Shown here one piece after another: positions 11,764-24,213 of a DNA stretch of 64,000 nt (the stretch's first letter is position 1; every line of letters starts with the position of its first letter). The position numbers were made by a program, and so were the translations under genes. The notes under the pieces were generated by a model. That model saw only the letters and a program-made list of their open reading frames with translations. It searched no databases and had not been told where the DNA came from. The DNA comes from Azolla caroliniana (lineage: Eukaryota; Plantae; Polypodiophyta): positions 18,042,001 through 18,106,000 of the forward strand of contig JBHGNT010000013.1 of the NCBI GenBank assembly GCA_043228905.1, in the 5' to 3' direction.

Positions 11764-11975
11764 ATATGTTCTACCAATCAGACTCACCTTACTTTTGGGT
11801 GTGCTATAATGATTGTCCAAGTGTATCCATGATATACTACGTGTGTATGGGTGTCCTCTGTTATTGATATGTTCTACCAATCAGACTCACCTTACTTTTG
11901 GGTGTGACCATAATGATTGTCCAAATGTATCCATTATATAATACGTGTGTATGGGTGTCCTCTTTTATTGATATG
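11764..11975. repeat. Two-copy ~103-bp tandem duplication
   Basis: ATATGTTCTACCAATCAGACTCACCTTACTTTTGGGTGTG... repeated directly. Confidence 0.85.
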
Positions 11976-12140
11976 CTACTTTCTTACTAACATTGGGTTA
12001 AGTTATTATATTCGGCAACAATCACTAAGTATTTGACTGCACCCAACATAATCAATAACTATAGCTATACCTTCCATTTCTTCTCCCTACACCCCCGCAC
12101 AATGGTTAAAGTTGGAGACCAAATGTTGTCTAGACCATCT

Positions 12141-12327
12141 GCTATTTCACAAGTGGATGGTCTATAAAAGGGATGAAATCGAATCTTCGCGTAATGGCTC
12201 CTAATCAAATCGTTTGGAACTCTGAGGTTTGGGAAATCATTTTATCTAACAACAATGGTCGGGTTGGTATACTACCTAACCACGCGCTGCTTCTTACAAC
12301 TTTAGATATGGGAGTCCCGAGGATACT
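12141..12327 (+). pseudogene. atpE: Nuclear plastid DNA (NUPT): atpB 3' end plus atpE 5' fragment
   Basis: AISQVDGL* (12141-12167, atpB-like end), then ATG at 12173: [51 protein letters not shown], matching the plastid ATP synthase epsilon N-terminus. Confidence 0.88.
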
Positions 12328-14189
12328 CTCATGATTTCCACAACATTTCAACTACTATGCATATTTCATAATACATTTTGAATGTTTAACTTTTGTCAAA
12401 CTCATAAACAATTGTCATATTCTTAATTTTAACTACATTTAGTATTTGGAGATCAAGAACTTTAAAAAGGTTTAAAAAAATACTTGTTTTTTAATTTGAA
12501 ACTTGTTAAATATTAATAATTTAGCAAATTGTATATGGGTTGACAAACATGTGATACTAGTGTAACAAGTTTCTTTATATTGAATAAATTTGCACAATTA
12601 TAAAAGGAATCTAAAAGTGGAATGCGTGATCCTTCCACTTTTGAATGCGATGAATGCGAATGTGTTATGCAAAAAATAATGCACCTACCCCAAAATTGCA
12701 AACATGGGATCATCGCTTTGAGAAATAGCATGTTCAAAAGTGTTTGGATCATGTGAGATACCCAACACCATGTTGAGAGGAGTTAATCTTGGTGATGACG
12801 ATGGTTCTAGTATTGACAATTATACTTCACTTAGAGTCCTCATTGGTTTTGATAACAGTTGTCGAGAACCTTAAGTTGTAATTGGCTAACTCCATACTCC
12901 AGCATTAATAAGAGGGCAATGGGTGCTTCAATGTTATCCTTTGTATCCCCCAACATGTGTGGAGAATAATTGTGTTGGGATGCTTGATGGTAATCTTGAA
13001 ACATATAAGGATCCATGTGTATGCATATGTGTACATGTGTATACGTATGTGTAGGTGTAGGTGTATGTGTATGTGTATGTATGTATATGAATGTTAATTT
13101 CATTTAATGTTAATTAGTGTGTATGCGTATGAGCTTCCCAATATTTTTGTATTTTTATGGCTAATTAACAATAATACTGTGGTGTGCATGTGTTCCTTTG
13201 TGCCACCCTTTTAGCTCACCCTTTTTAGGATGCGTGTGCTCAAGTTGACCCACCCTTTTAGCACACCCTATTTAGCCAAGCCAACCCAAATGGGTTCCGT
13301 TGTATCAACTATAAATTGATTAAGAAGTAAGAAGCTAAGTAGACTGGTTTTGATCTCTTATGTGCATTTCACAATACTAACCCTAATCCTAAGCATGTAT
13401 GTGTGTGTACCTGTAACTATTTGTCAAATGTGTATGCATGTATGGTCAAATCTATGAAAGTTCATTTCTATATTTGTGAATTTTTGCGTGTTAAAAAAAC
13501 CCCTAAACCCTAATCCTAACGTTAAATGTGCTTGTGGATGGGTGAGGAGAGGAGCTCAATGTTGCTCTGTTGCACCTCTTCAATGGTGAAGGGAATGGTC
13601 GATATGTGAAAATGGAGATTATGAATTCCATCTTTTCTTATATTTTTAAAAATAAAATTGAAAAATGTGCTGCTATGTGATGTATTTGTTAGGCACATCA
13701 TTGTGCAACACGTCCCAACACAATACTATACAACAACCTTTCTTGAGCACTTTGTTTTGCGATGCATTCCAATATGGAAACATTGCATAAACTCTACATA
13801 TGTCACACAATAATGCACATGTTTTAGCAAAAACTGGCATTATTAACACCCTATTTTGTTGTCGTGCATTGAGCTCTATAATAGTGAGTAAACCATGATA
13901 TAGGATCTTCTCTTTTGGAATGCAAGAGTGATATTCTTGTTTAAGACGCATCTATTCTTACCTTTGCATGGGTGTTTGACTTGACCAAAATCATACTTTG
14001 TTAAAAAACACACATTTTATGTTTAGAATACTCTTAAGTAGTCTACAGTTTAGAATTACCCATTTAAAATGTTGCATGTATGAAGGATTTTAAGTATTTA
14101 ACAAATATTTAGCATATTCCAAAATTTTGAAAATTATTATTATTTATTCTAAGTAATTTTAAACAGGGTATAATACTTTACACGTAGCA

Positions 14190-14310
14190 TATGTATTGTA
14201 TGTGTATTGTATGCTAACTATATGTATTGTATGTGTATGGTATGCTAGCTATATGTATTGTATGTGTATGGTATGCTAACTATATGTATTGTATGTGTAT
14301 GGTATGCTAA
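14190..14310. repeat. ~29-bp tandem repeat, ~4 copies
   Basis: ATATGTATTGTATGTGTATGGTATGCTAACT-like units. Confidence 0.8.
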
Positions 14311-14417
14311 GCATAGTTCCGAATATTTGCATATGTCGATACACATCATACGTTTGCGTATGATACACAACATTCGTTTGGTTTTTTTTTTTCTTTTTGG
14401 GTTTTTTATTCTGGTAT

Positions 14418-14732
14418 TCATCGCGAACTGAAGTCTGAGTAATGAGGAGTGCGAAACAGGGTTCGAATACCATTTTCCAAAAGTTGATTCCCATCTTGGT
14501 GAAGAACAATTTGTTTCTGAGGTTTCATAACATCTTGCATAGTGGAGAAGGCAATGGTCTTTGAATGAACTAGTCGGGATATGGCAGCTCTAAAAACATC
14601 CATAACACGATCTCGCATAGCATGGCAATAGATGATCAATGGGGTTTGTTCACGCGGTGGTTGGCTCAGATGGATTCGGAGAGGTTGAGTTTGAGGCTGG
14701 GGTTGGGGGTGTGGAGGAGGAGCTTCTGCCAT
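14418..14732 (-). CDS. Unidentified ORF / possible first exon (104 aa)
   Basis: ATG-initiated, protein-like composition, preceded on the minus strand by a (CTT)n 5'UTR-like tract. No family recognised. Confidence 0.3.
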   Translation of the reverse strand: MAEAPPPHPQPQPQTQPLRIHLSQPPREQTPLIIYCHAMRDRVMDVFRAAISRLVHSKTIAFSTMQDVMKPQKQIVLHQDGNQLLENGIRTLFRTPHYSDFSSR

Positions 14733-15039
14733 GGCCCATGGCCAATAGCAATTTATTCACAAAAAATGCATAACAAAAGAAGAAGAAGAAGAAGAAGAAG
14801 AAGACTCTCTTTCTTTTTCTTTTTTTCGTAAATAATGGCTTTCATTACGAAAGAAAAAAACACCACCATGACTAACTTACTACAAAGTATAGAACCATTC
14901 TATCAAGGGATCTAAAGAATACTACGACACCAAACTCAATGCCACCCTACACACCAATTCAAATGGCGAGTATGATGATATGTGACCTTGCAGAGTTCTC
15001 TCTCTTCATGGTTGAGATTTCGTGACTTCTCTAGCACTG

Positions 15040-17678
15040 TCAATTGCCACAAAAGAAGTACTCTCTCTCTCTCATGGGTCTAAAGGGGAAAACATAGTTT
15101 TGTGAGGTCTCATCCTCATCATCACTAGCAACTAATGCATTGCCTTCATCCAGTTGCAATCCAACGTCACTGTGATTATGAGACATACTCCTTGTTCGTC
15201 TCTGTGTTGCATCGGGAGGCACATCTGAGATTTTCTCTTTTATTATCTTGATTGTGGTCTGTCTTAGATGGCATGTTTTGGTCAAGGTGAAGTCATATAC
15301 TACTATGTCTACATTATCTAGTGTCAGAGTAGACGTGCTCAGCAGATTTCTTTCTTTTCAGCTTTCTACTTGTGCCTCCGACATCCTTAACCATCTTTAA
15401 AGTGTACTTCCAAGTAAATGCACTGGGGAGAGAGGTATGATAACAATGAACCACAATGGAGATAACTTGATTGCCTTGTTCATCCTTAATAATTTCGGTG
15501 ATTTTACCAATCCAAAAGGGATGGTCCAACTCATCACCCCCAGCTAATGTTGCAACCAACATACCAACTTGCGATATTCTTGGTCCCACGTAAATATTTC
15601 TTTGTCGTGGACGAACTAGATTATTCAGGTTAAGATTATCTAGTGATTGCACATTAGTCATGGTCACCATTGATTTACCACCAATATTCCATTTGAATTG
15701 ATTTTGGAGTGCCCAGTAATTGACAAAATGGTTAACTAAAATTGTATGTTGATGGTTAAAGAAGTTACCCTACCATTCAACATCGTGATCACCAACAACT
15801 TCTTGGTGCGCTCAATATTTTTCTGTTTCTCTTCAAAGCACCGCATCCAATGTATATTTTTTTCTTTAATTGAATTACCAGGAGCCAATATTTTATGGTC
15901 GTCATATGACATTTATTCTGCACCATGAATTACCGCATCGGGAAAATGCAATAAGAGCCTACATCCCTCTTGTGGTCCCCATTGTGAACTAGATGAGTAT
16001 TGTTTGGTGCATACAACAACATCTAGTTGTGGTTTATAGAACTTCTTTTTATGAAAAAGACATGGAACCCTACATAGATTCCCATCACCATCCACGCAAA
16101 AGCGTTTAAAATCATAAACTTCATCCAAATGGTGTACTTCTGGCTTTGCGGTATAGGCTTCAATGATCAACTTTGACAACATCACGTCTTGCTAATTTCT
16201 TCGAGAACCTACTAAACATTTGATCTATATGATCATGTGTGTGACCAACTAGTAAGAAATTAATCTTTTTGAATATATCCATGTCTACTAGCATGCTTAA
16301 ATAACCGAACACAATCAAGTTTTTGTTTTCTCTTGTCGTGTTGTCTAGTTGCGCGTATACTACTGGCGGGAGAATACCTTACCAAGCCTGTAAAACTCTT
16401 TGCGTGACTGTTACTGTAAGATTAGGGTCGTTGTGGATATTAGGATAAGTTAGGAACACTTGAGGCCTTATTGTTTGACAATACGACAGAAAACCTACTA
16501 AGTGCATCTGCACTAGGCTTTCATCTTCAATATCCTTCGGCAACCTTCGAAAGTGTGGCAAACAAGTCTTCTTCTGATCCATGCCATCTATAATCAAGCA
16601 CATGTACCTTTCCGGTTATTGAAGCACTTTTTGTCGGTGGTGCATAGCTTTAGATCTTTCCAATGCTTGACTTTCTTGATGTTCTTTTAATAAATTCTTA
16701 TAATTCTTTATTTCTTCATCTATTCTTCCACTCTTTGTGATGCTTTTTAAACTTGCACATACAGACCAAACACCCATTCGGACCTTACGTGGTATGACCA
16801 CATTGTTAAACTACAACCTCCATAATTGATTGAAATTACAATATTGTATATAAGGTACACTTTCTAATAACATGGCATCCTTATACGCTTGGTAAACCTC
16901 ACGAAGAATGAAGTTATATGACAAATGTAATCTTCCAGTTGTGGGCATAATATCGTGACATTGCTTTGAGAAATATATCTCCATCCATCTATCGGCATGG
17001 CGCCCAACCAGACCCTTATATCCAAATACTTTATTGTTGAACATTACCCACGAACCCTTTATTGACCGATTTTGAATTATCTGGAGCCTCACATTACGAA
17101 TGCAATAAGCAATTTTGAAAGAAACTTGAAAACTCTTTATACTTAGTGCAAGGTAATATTCGATATGCATTGAACTTGGCCCTTCTGTATAGTCCTTAAC
17201 AAGTTGCATATGTGAAATCAAAAAAGTATCTTCTTCGTCACCATTAAGTGAAAAATACAAATGTCGCAATCCCCTCAAGTTTGTCTTTCCAAATCTCAAA
17301 AGACAAAGATTCCCACAACATGGTTTGCTTGTATCAAACGCAATTTGATGATCTGAACACAAAAAATTATATCTTTTGAAACTCACTTGCCAAGGAATTC
17401 TTCTAAAATTAAGAGGTTGGTTAACGCAATCCTAATCCGTAGACGAATCAACCCTTTCACTTTTTGCAACAACTTTAGATTTTTGGATACCACATTACTT
17501 AAACGGCTCGGTCAGAAAAAAAGGAGTTCAATCTTTGCCCAATATCATTGTTTGCCTCTTGACGTTGGCACCTTTGAATATGTAGATAGTTTTATTCCTC
17601 GGTTGAGAATAATGAGTTATTAGATAATGTAAAAGGTTCCACAGAAAATAGTGAAATTTTACTCGATGTTGTTGACAT
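15040..17678 (-). pseudogene. Sola-like DDD transposase (DUF7869-type), decayed
   Basis: Collinear fragments: PCCGNLC; HQESQALERSKAMHHRQK; MCLIIDGMDQKKTCLPH; VYAQLDNTTRENKN (~16320-16360); FLLVGHTHDHIDQMFSRFSR (16201-16259); C-terminal PFWIGKI...IVVHCY. Several stops and frameshifts. Confidence 0.82.
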
Positions 17679-18085
17679 CTTGATGAGGTTAGATTAGATC
17701 AAATGACGGAAAAGTAGTAAAATTTCTTCCTAATAAACCACATATAAAAATAAATATTTTAAATTATTAATTATTAACTTTATTTATTTATTTTAAAAAA
17801 AATATAACTTTTTTAAAATGTATTATATAAAGGAAAGTCATCTCCTTAGTGTCATTATTGCGTTGAAGATTTCGAAGAGCTCAAGAGCACTAATACTCTT
17901 GTCGCAACTTAGGCACCATGAACAAGGGACATAAATTTGCCAAGTATCTTTTTCTAACTAATTCTTAAGATTCCTTAAAGATTCCCTAAAGATGCTTTTC
18001 TATTATTCATCAGTTTTAATCTAATTGTCGAAGCGTAGTACACGGGAATTTGATGCAGTGCATCGAATTCCCTCATAGTATATAG

Positions 18086-18185
18086 TGTAGAAAGTAGCGT
18101 GCGGAAGCAAGTATGAAGACTGAACAGAAGGAAGAAAACTCAGGTTTAATGGAGAGCTTGAGGTTACGTAGTATACACGGGAGAG

Positions 18186-18257
<72 letters not shown>

Positions 18258-21200
18258 CACAAGAACTATATCTAAAAAAGGGTACTCAATCTCAATTCAC
18301 TATCTTTCATATGTGTGTTCAATGAATACTTTTATACAAGTCCTAGAAGGACTGACAGGAGTACTGACAGTACTTCAATGCTTATTAAGAGCTCTTACAC
18401 TAACTCCCAAATATATTCCTCACGGATATATCTTTCCTAACGGCCTCTCGGTTTACGCATCGATCCGGCCCTAACTACGCACCGGTCTGCGTACCGGTTT
18501 ACGCATTCGGTCTAACCGATCGGTCCCAACCGATCTGGTCCTCGGCTTCTTCAGCCAATCCGGCCGATGTTGAGCTTGTCTCTCAACACTCCCCCTCAAG
18601 CTCAACTTGAGACTCTTCGGGATCTTCGGGCTCACAACTCCGGTTCCTCCTGGCTTCACGCCTCGCTCGCGTTCCTCGACCTGTTCGACTCCGCGCGCTT
18701 CGACCCTTCTGGTCTGCTTGTCTGCTCATGTGGCCCTTATAAGCTCTTCTGTTGTTGCTGTGTTGACGCTTCTCCTGCTGCCTTTTCTTCCGCTTGGGCC
18801 TCGGTTGATTCAGCGTATCTGAATCAAACATCTGAACCGACTCGGCTACCTCCGATCGGTTTTCGCTCTCGTCCGAGTTGGCTGTCTCCAACTCGTCTTC
18901 GGTCTTCTCGCCCTCGATGGCGTCATCTTCCCCATGCGTGGTTGGCTTCGGCTCTCTCCTTCGGCTGCTCCCCTTCTGTCCGCTTCCGGACTTTTCCGCG
19001 GGTCCGCCCTCAGCTTCTTCAGCCGATCCGAAGTCGAACTCGACAACCGACTCGGTGTCGCGGTCTCCGCTCCTTTCCTGCTGCCTTGCTTGGTCATTCG
19101 GGACTGTTCTCCCCCTCAAGTTTGGCACGTCGAGGTGACGCAATCCGAGCGCACCTGAGAATTGCCGCAACTTGTCCAGACCAAGAGGCTTGGTGAAGAT
19201 GTCGGCAATCTGCCGATCCGTCAAAACGTACTGAAGTTAGACTTCACCGGAAAGGACACGCTCACGGACGAAATGGTAGTGCACCTCAATGTGCTTGGTC
19301 CGTGCGTGGAAAACGGGATTTTTCGCGAGCTGGATGCTGTTGAGGTTGTCGCAGTAGATCGTCGTTGGATCTAACACCTCCTCTTGCAGGTCCTTAAGTA
19401 GCTTAAGTAGCCGCTTCAACCATATGGCTTCGCATGTCGCGATAGCCGCTCCTCGGTACTCAGCTTCGGTGCTCGACAGTGCAACTGTCGGCTGCTTCTT
19501 ACTGCTCCACGCGATCGCGGCACTCCCGAGGGAGAACGCATATCCGGACGTGGATCGGCGATCGGCGGCGTTGCCAGCCCAATCAGCATCGGTGTAGCCG
19601 ACTAACCGCGCCGCTGCACCGGTCCGATATAGCAGTCCCCGGTCCTTAGTGCCGTTGACATACCGAAGTATGCGTTGCGCACACTGGAGGTGCTCCTCGA
19701 TAGGTCGCGCCATGAACCGACTGATCACTCCGACCGGATAACTGAGGTCGGGCCGGGTGATGGTCAAGTATATGAGGCTTCTGACAATTTGTCGGAACCT
19801 CGTCGGGTCGCATACCTTTCCTGTATCGAGACGAAGCTTGACGGTTCTGTCAGAGGAGTCGAGACGGACTTACAATCGGCCATCCCGAATTTGAAGAGCA
19901 TACTCAGAACGTAATGACGTTGGCTGATTAATATGCCTTCGGGGGTACGGATCACTTCGATCCCGAAGAAGTAATGAACGTCCCCTAGATCCTTCATGTC
20001 GAACGATGCCGCAAGCTGGAGCTTCACGCGATCGATTTCACCTAGGTCGGCGCCGATGATGACCAAGTCATCAACATATAGTAAAATACTAACCGGTCCG
20101 AGTCGACCTTTCCGGATGAACAGGGAAGAGTCCGATTTTGACGTGATGAAGCCCATCCGACGCAGTTATTGCGTGATCTTCGCGTTCCAGGCACGCGGGG
20201 CTTGCTTCAGTCCGTAAAGGGACTTCTTCAGTCGGCATACTGCCGAGGAGTTCATTCCAGAGTGAAATCCGGGGGGTTGTACCATGTACACCTGTTCCTC
20301 AAGGTCACCTTGTAGGAACGCACTCTTTACATCCATCTGATGTAAGTGCCACCCCTTCACCGCAACTACTGCAAGCAAAACACGGACGATCGTCATTTTT
20401 GCGACCGGCGCAAATGTCTCATCGAAGTCGATGCTGTGTTTTTGCGCGTAGCCCTTTGCCACTAGCCGAGCCTTGTACCGGTTGACTGAGCCGTCGGTGT
20501 TGTACTTGACCTTGTACACCCACCTACACCCGATCGATTTTACCCCTGTTGGTGCGTCAACCAGGTCCCAAGTCTCGTTCTCCGCCAATGTGTGCATCTC
20601 TTCCTCCATCGCGGCACGCCAATTCACGTCTTTAGCCGCTTCTGCGTAGCTCTCCGGCTCATGCACTTCCGCTACACGGGTCATGTACGCATAATGATGC
20701 GCCATGTACTCGTTGTATCCGAACCGCAAAACAGGGTTCTTCTGGCGGGTAGATTGGCGTAATCTCACATTAGCCGATGTCGAGGCCATCTCGGTCGACG
20801 CGGACTTGACCTTTAAAGACCCGTCACCGGTTCCCTCGGAGTCGGACTCGCGTCGATCTGACTCGTTCCTATCCGTGCCGGAATCCGACACCTTCTTCTT
20901 CCCTTTCTCTTTGCGCGTAAGCCATCTCCTCGACTTCCTGCGCGGGGAATGCACGGCCGAGTCTCCACTACTCACCGGCTCTTCATTGGACTGATCGTAC
21001 CAACTCAGTCATCCAATCGATCCACTTAAACGGAGTGAAATCAGACTCTCTTCGCGGGTCTCGATTTCGGGCTCATCCGGAGGCATCTCGGCCTCTCTGA
21101 CCTCATTGTCAGAGCTCAGATTGGAGTCGGGGGTAGGTACTAGGACGGGGACTCGTCAAACACAACGTCGCGGCTAACATGCGCTTGTTTGGTGCCAGGG

Positions 21201-23590
21201 TTATAGCACTTATAACCCTTCTGCTCGTCCGAGTAACCGACCAAGATGCATTTCTCGGCCTTTGCGTCCAGCTTCCTCCTTTTCTCCTTCGGTACATGCA
21301 TATACGCAATGCTACCGAACACCCTCAAGTGTCGCAAGTTCGGCTTCGTTCCGAAATATAGCTCGTGCGCCGACACTTTGTCTCCGATCCAATTCTGGAT
21401 GTATACCGCGGTCCTTACCGCCTCGGCCCAGTAGAACTTGGGCAAGCTCTTCTCCTCCAGCATTGACCGTGCCGCTTCCACAACTGACGGATTCTTCCTC
21501 TCGGCCACGCCGTTCTGCTCCGACGTGTATCTACAACTGAATTCGCGTTGAATTCCCATTTGTTGTAGATAACCGTTGAATTGACCAGAAAAGTACTCTT
21601 TCCCGCCATCCGACCGCAGGCACTTGATCTTTCGTCCCGTTTTCGTTTGCACGAACCCTTTGAGGTCCCGGAAACAGTCGAAGACTTCGCTCTTCCTTTC
21701 AATGAGGTAGGTCCACGTGTGCCGCGTGTGGTCGTCGATGAAGGAGACGAAATATCGGCTCCCGCCAAGACTAACGTTTTGTGCCGGCCCCAACACATCG
21801 GAGTGTATAAGGTCGAGCTTGTTCCTGCTCCGGTTTCGCTCGTTGGGGAAAGGAAGTCGGTGTTGATTCCCGAGCTGGCAGGCTTCACAAATTTGTGCCT
21901 TTCGGCCACTAAATTTGGGCAATCCGAACACTACCTATTTCGATTGCAGATCTTGAAGCCTCTGGTAGTTGACGTGGCCTATCCGCTTGTGCCACAAGTC
22001 GATGTCCGACTCGGATTTTCGTCCCTTCGCGAACATTGCGGTGCCGCCGTCAGTGGAGTCGAGGATGAACATCCTCCCATCTCTACGCCCTTGCACGATC
22101 ACACGGCCTTCTTCCTCAATGAAGCACCCGAGGTGTGTAAACCGAACCTCCATCCCTTGGTCGACGATCTGTCTGACCGAGACCAAGTTCTTCGTGATTG
22201 TCGGAACGTGCAGCACGTTCATGAGTTTCCCTTTCTAGCCGACATGGCTAAGGGGAACTTCTCCGACATTTGCAATCGGATGCGGAGTGTCGTCTCCAGT
22301 TGCGACTACTCCAGGTTGTATTGGTTTTTCAAGGTACGAGAACCACTCCTTATGGCTCGTCATGTGGTTTGACGCGCCGGAGTCTACGTACCACACCTCG
22401 TCCGATCTCGGGGTGGTCTGTTTCATTAAGCTTGCTTCGTGTCTCGTCACGAAGGCAGACCCTTCTCCGGCTCTCCCGGAGTCTTCGGCGTAGTGCGATC
22501 GCTGCCGATTTCCCTTGTCGATATGTCCGGAGCCGTTTCCGGAACTTGTTCTCTCCGAATCGGCGCGCTTCTTCCAGCACTCATTTTCCATGTGGCCTTT
22601 CTTGCCACAATACCAGCACTCCGCGATGGCCTTACCTTGCCGGTTCTCATCGCTTCGACTCCCCCTGTTTCCGGAGGGTCCTGAGTTGCTGTCGGCATCA
22701 CTTCGGTGCCTTCTTCCTTGATCTCGTCGGCCGCCTCCATTGCGCGCCGACGCGCCGACTCGCCTCGTCCTCCACGTCCATGGGGCCTATCTCCCTCCGT
22801 GTACAACATTCTGCTGTCGGTGTGCGTGCTTGTAGACACACCCACGTGGTTCTCCTCTACCAGGAGCATTGATTGTAAGTCGAAAAAGGACGGCGTATTC
22901 TCCCGGGTACACAGCCATTCGGAACGCTCCGAACTTCGACGCCAAACCTCCGAGACAGATCTGGACCATCTCGCTCGAGTCCTCGATGTTCACCTCTATG
23001 GAGGCGAGGGAGTCGCAGATATCCTTGATCTTCGAGGTATAGTCAGCCACCGACAAGTCGCGTTGTCGTAGGTTGCTCAACTCTTGTCGGAGCTGAAGCT
23101 TCCTGGCTATGGTGCTCGCGGCGAAAATCTTCTTCAGATTTTCCCACGCACCCTTCGGCGTCTTTGCATCCCGAACATAGCTCAATAGTTGTTCGCCCAC
23201 ACACGACGCGAAGCAGTATAATACCCTGCTCGTCGATTGCTCCCACGACGGGAAGTCTTTGTGTGTTGATTCGGGTGCCGCGTCATTAGCTCCTTCGACA
23301 TAAATCCAGTAGTCGTGCCCGAGCAGGTACTGGTGCATCTTGTAGGACCAAGACGCGTAGTTGGTTCTGTCGAGCTTCTCTGTTGGAAGCGAGCTCGCCA
23401 TGCCTCTATCCATCGTTCTTCTTGTTCTTCTTCGTCAAGCTGTGTTGGCTGCAGAGAGGTTCTCAACCCTCGCGCTCTGATACCATGTAGAAAGTAGCGT
23501 GCGGAAGCAAGTATGAAGACCGAACAGAATGAAGAAAACTCAGGTTTAATGGAGAGCTTGAGCTTACGCAGTATACACGGGAGAGACGGA

Positions 23591-23654
<64 letters not shown>

Positions 23655-23988
23655 ACAAGAACTATATCTAAAAAAGGGTACTCAATCTCAATATTATTCA
23701 TTATATTTCATATGTGTGTTCAATGAATACTTTTATACAAGTCCTAGAAGGACTGACAGGAGTACTGACAGTACTTCAATGCTCATTAAGAGCTCTTACA
23801 CTAACTCCCAAATATATTCCTCACGGAATATCTTTCCTAACGGCCTCTCGGTTTACGCACCGATCCGACCCTAACTACGCACTGGTTTGCGTACCGGTTT
23901 ACACATTCGGCCTAACCGATCGGTCCCAACCGATCCGGTCCTCGGCTTCTTCAGTCGATCCGGCCAATGTTGAGCTTGTCTCTCAACA
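18086..23988 (-). mobile_element. Full-length Ty1/copia LTR retrotransposon (frameshifted)
   Basis: LTRs at 18086-18588 and 23486-23988 (TG...CA), TSD TATAG, iMet PBS TGGTATCAGAGC (23485-23474), PPT at 18589-18600. Domain order is gag, zinc knuckle, protease (VDSGAS), integrase, RT (LLYVDD), RNase H (DADWA, TKHIEV). Confidence 0.97.
18583..23413 (-). pseudogene. Copia gag-pol polyprotein with frameshifts and stops
   Basis: ORF-track fragments 22787-23413, 22235-22591, 21935-22222, 21140-21931, 20166-20975, 19764-20156, 19237-19767 and 18583-19224 are collinear copia domains. Confidence 0.93.
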
Positions 23989-24213
23989 TATAGGAATTTG
24001 ATATGCAGGAATTCGATGCAGTGCATCAGATTCCTGTTGAAAAGACAAGGTTTTCTATTAAAAAAACGAACACGGATATTGATAAAAAAAGCTAATAAAG
24101 TGCACCTATGTGGGCAATTTTGGAGTTTATCAACCTAATTATAGCCTATAATTTAATAATTGGTTGCTTTATCATGCTAATCCTAAAATATTTATTCTAT
24201 TTTAGTGAACCTC

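Noticed and set aside
13370-13525. Telomere-like AACCCTAA motifs
   Set aside because: Only a few degenerate units, which does not make an interstitial telomeric array.
18567-23071. Long plus-strand ORFs overlapping the copia (for example 18567-19196, 21581-22372)
   Set aside because: These are antisense shadows of GC-rich pol coding sequence with no recognisable motifs.
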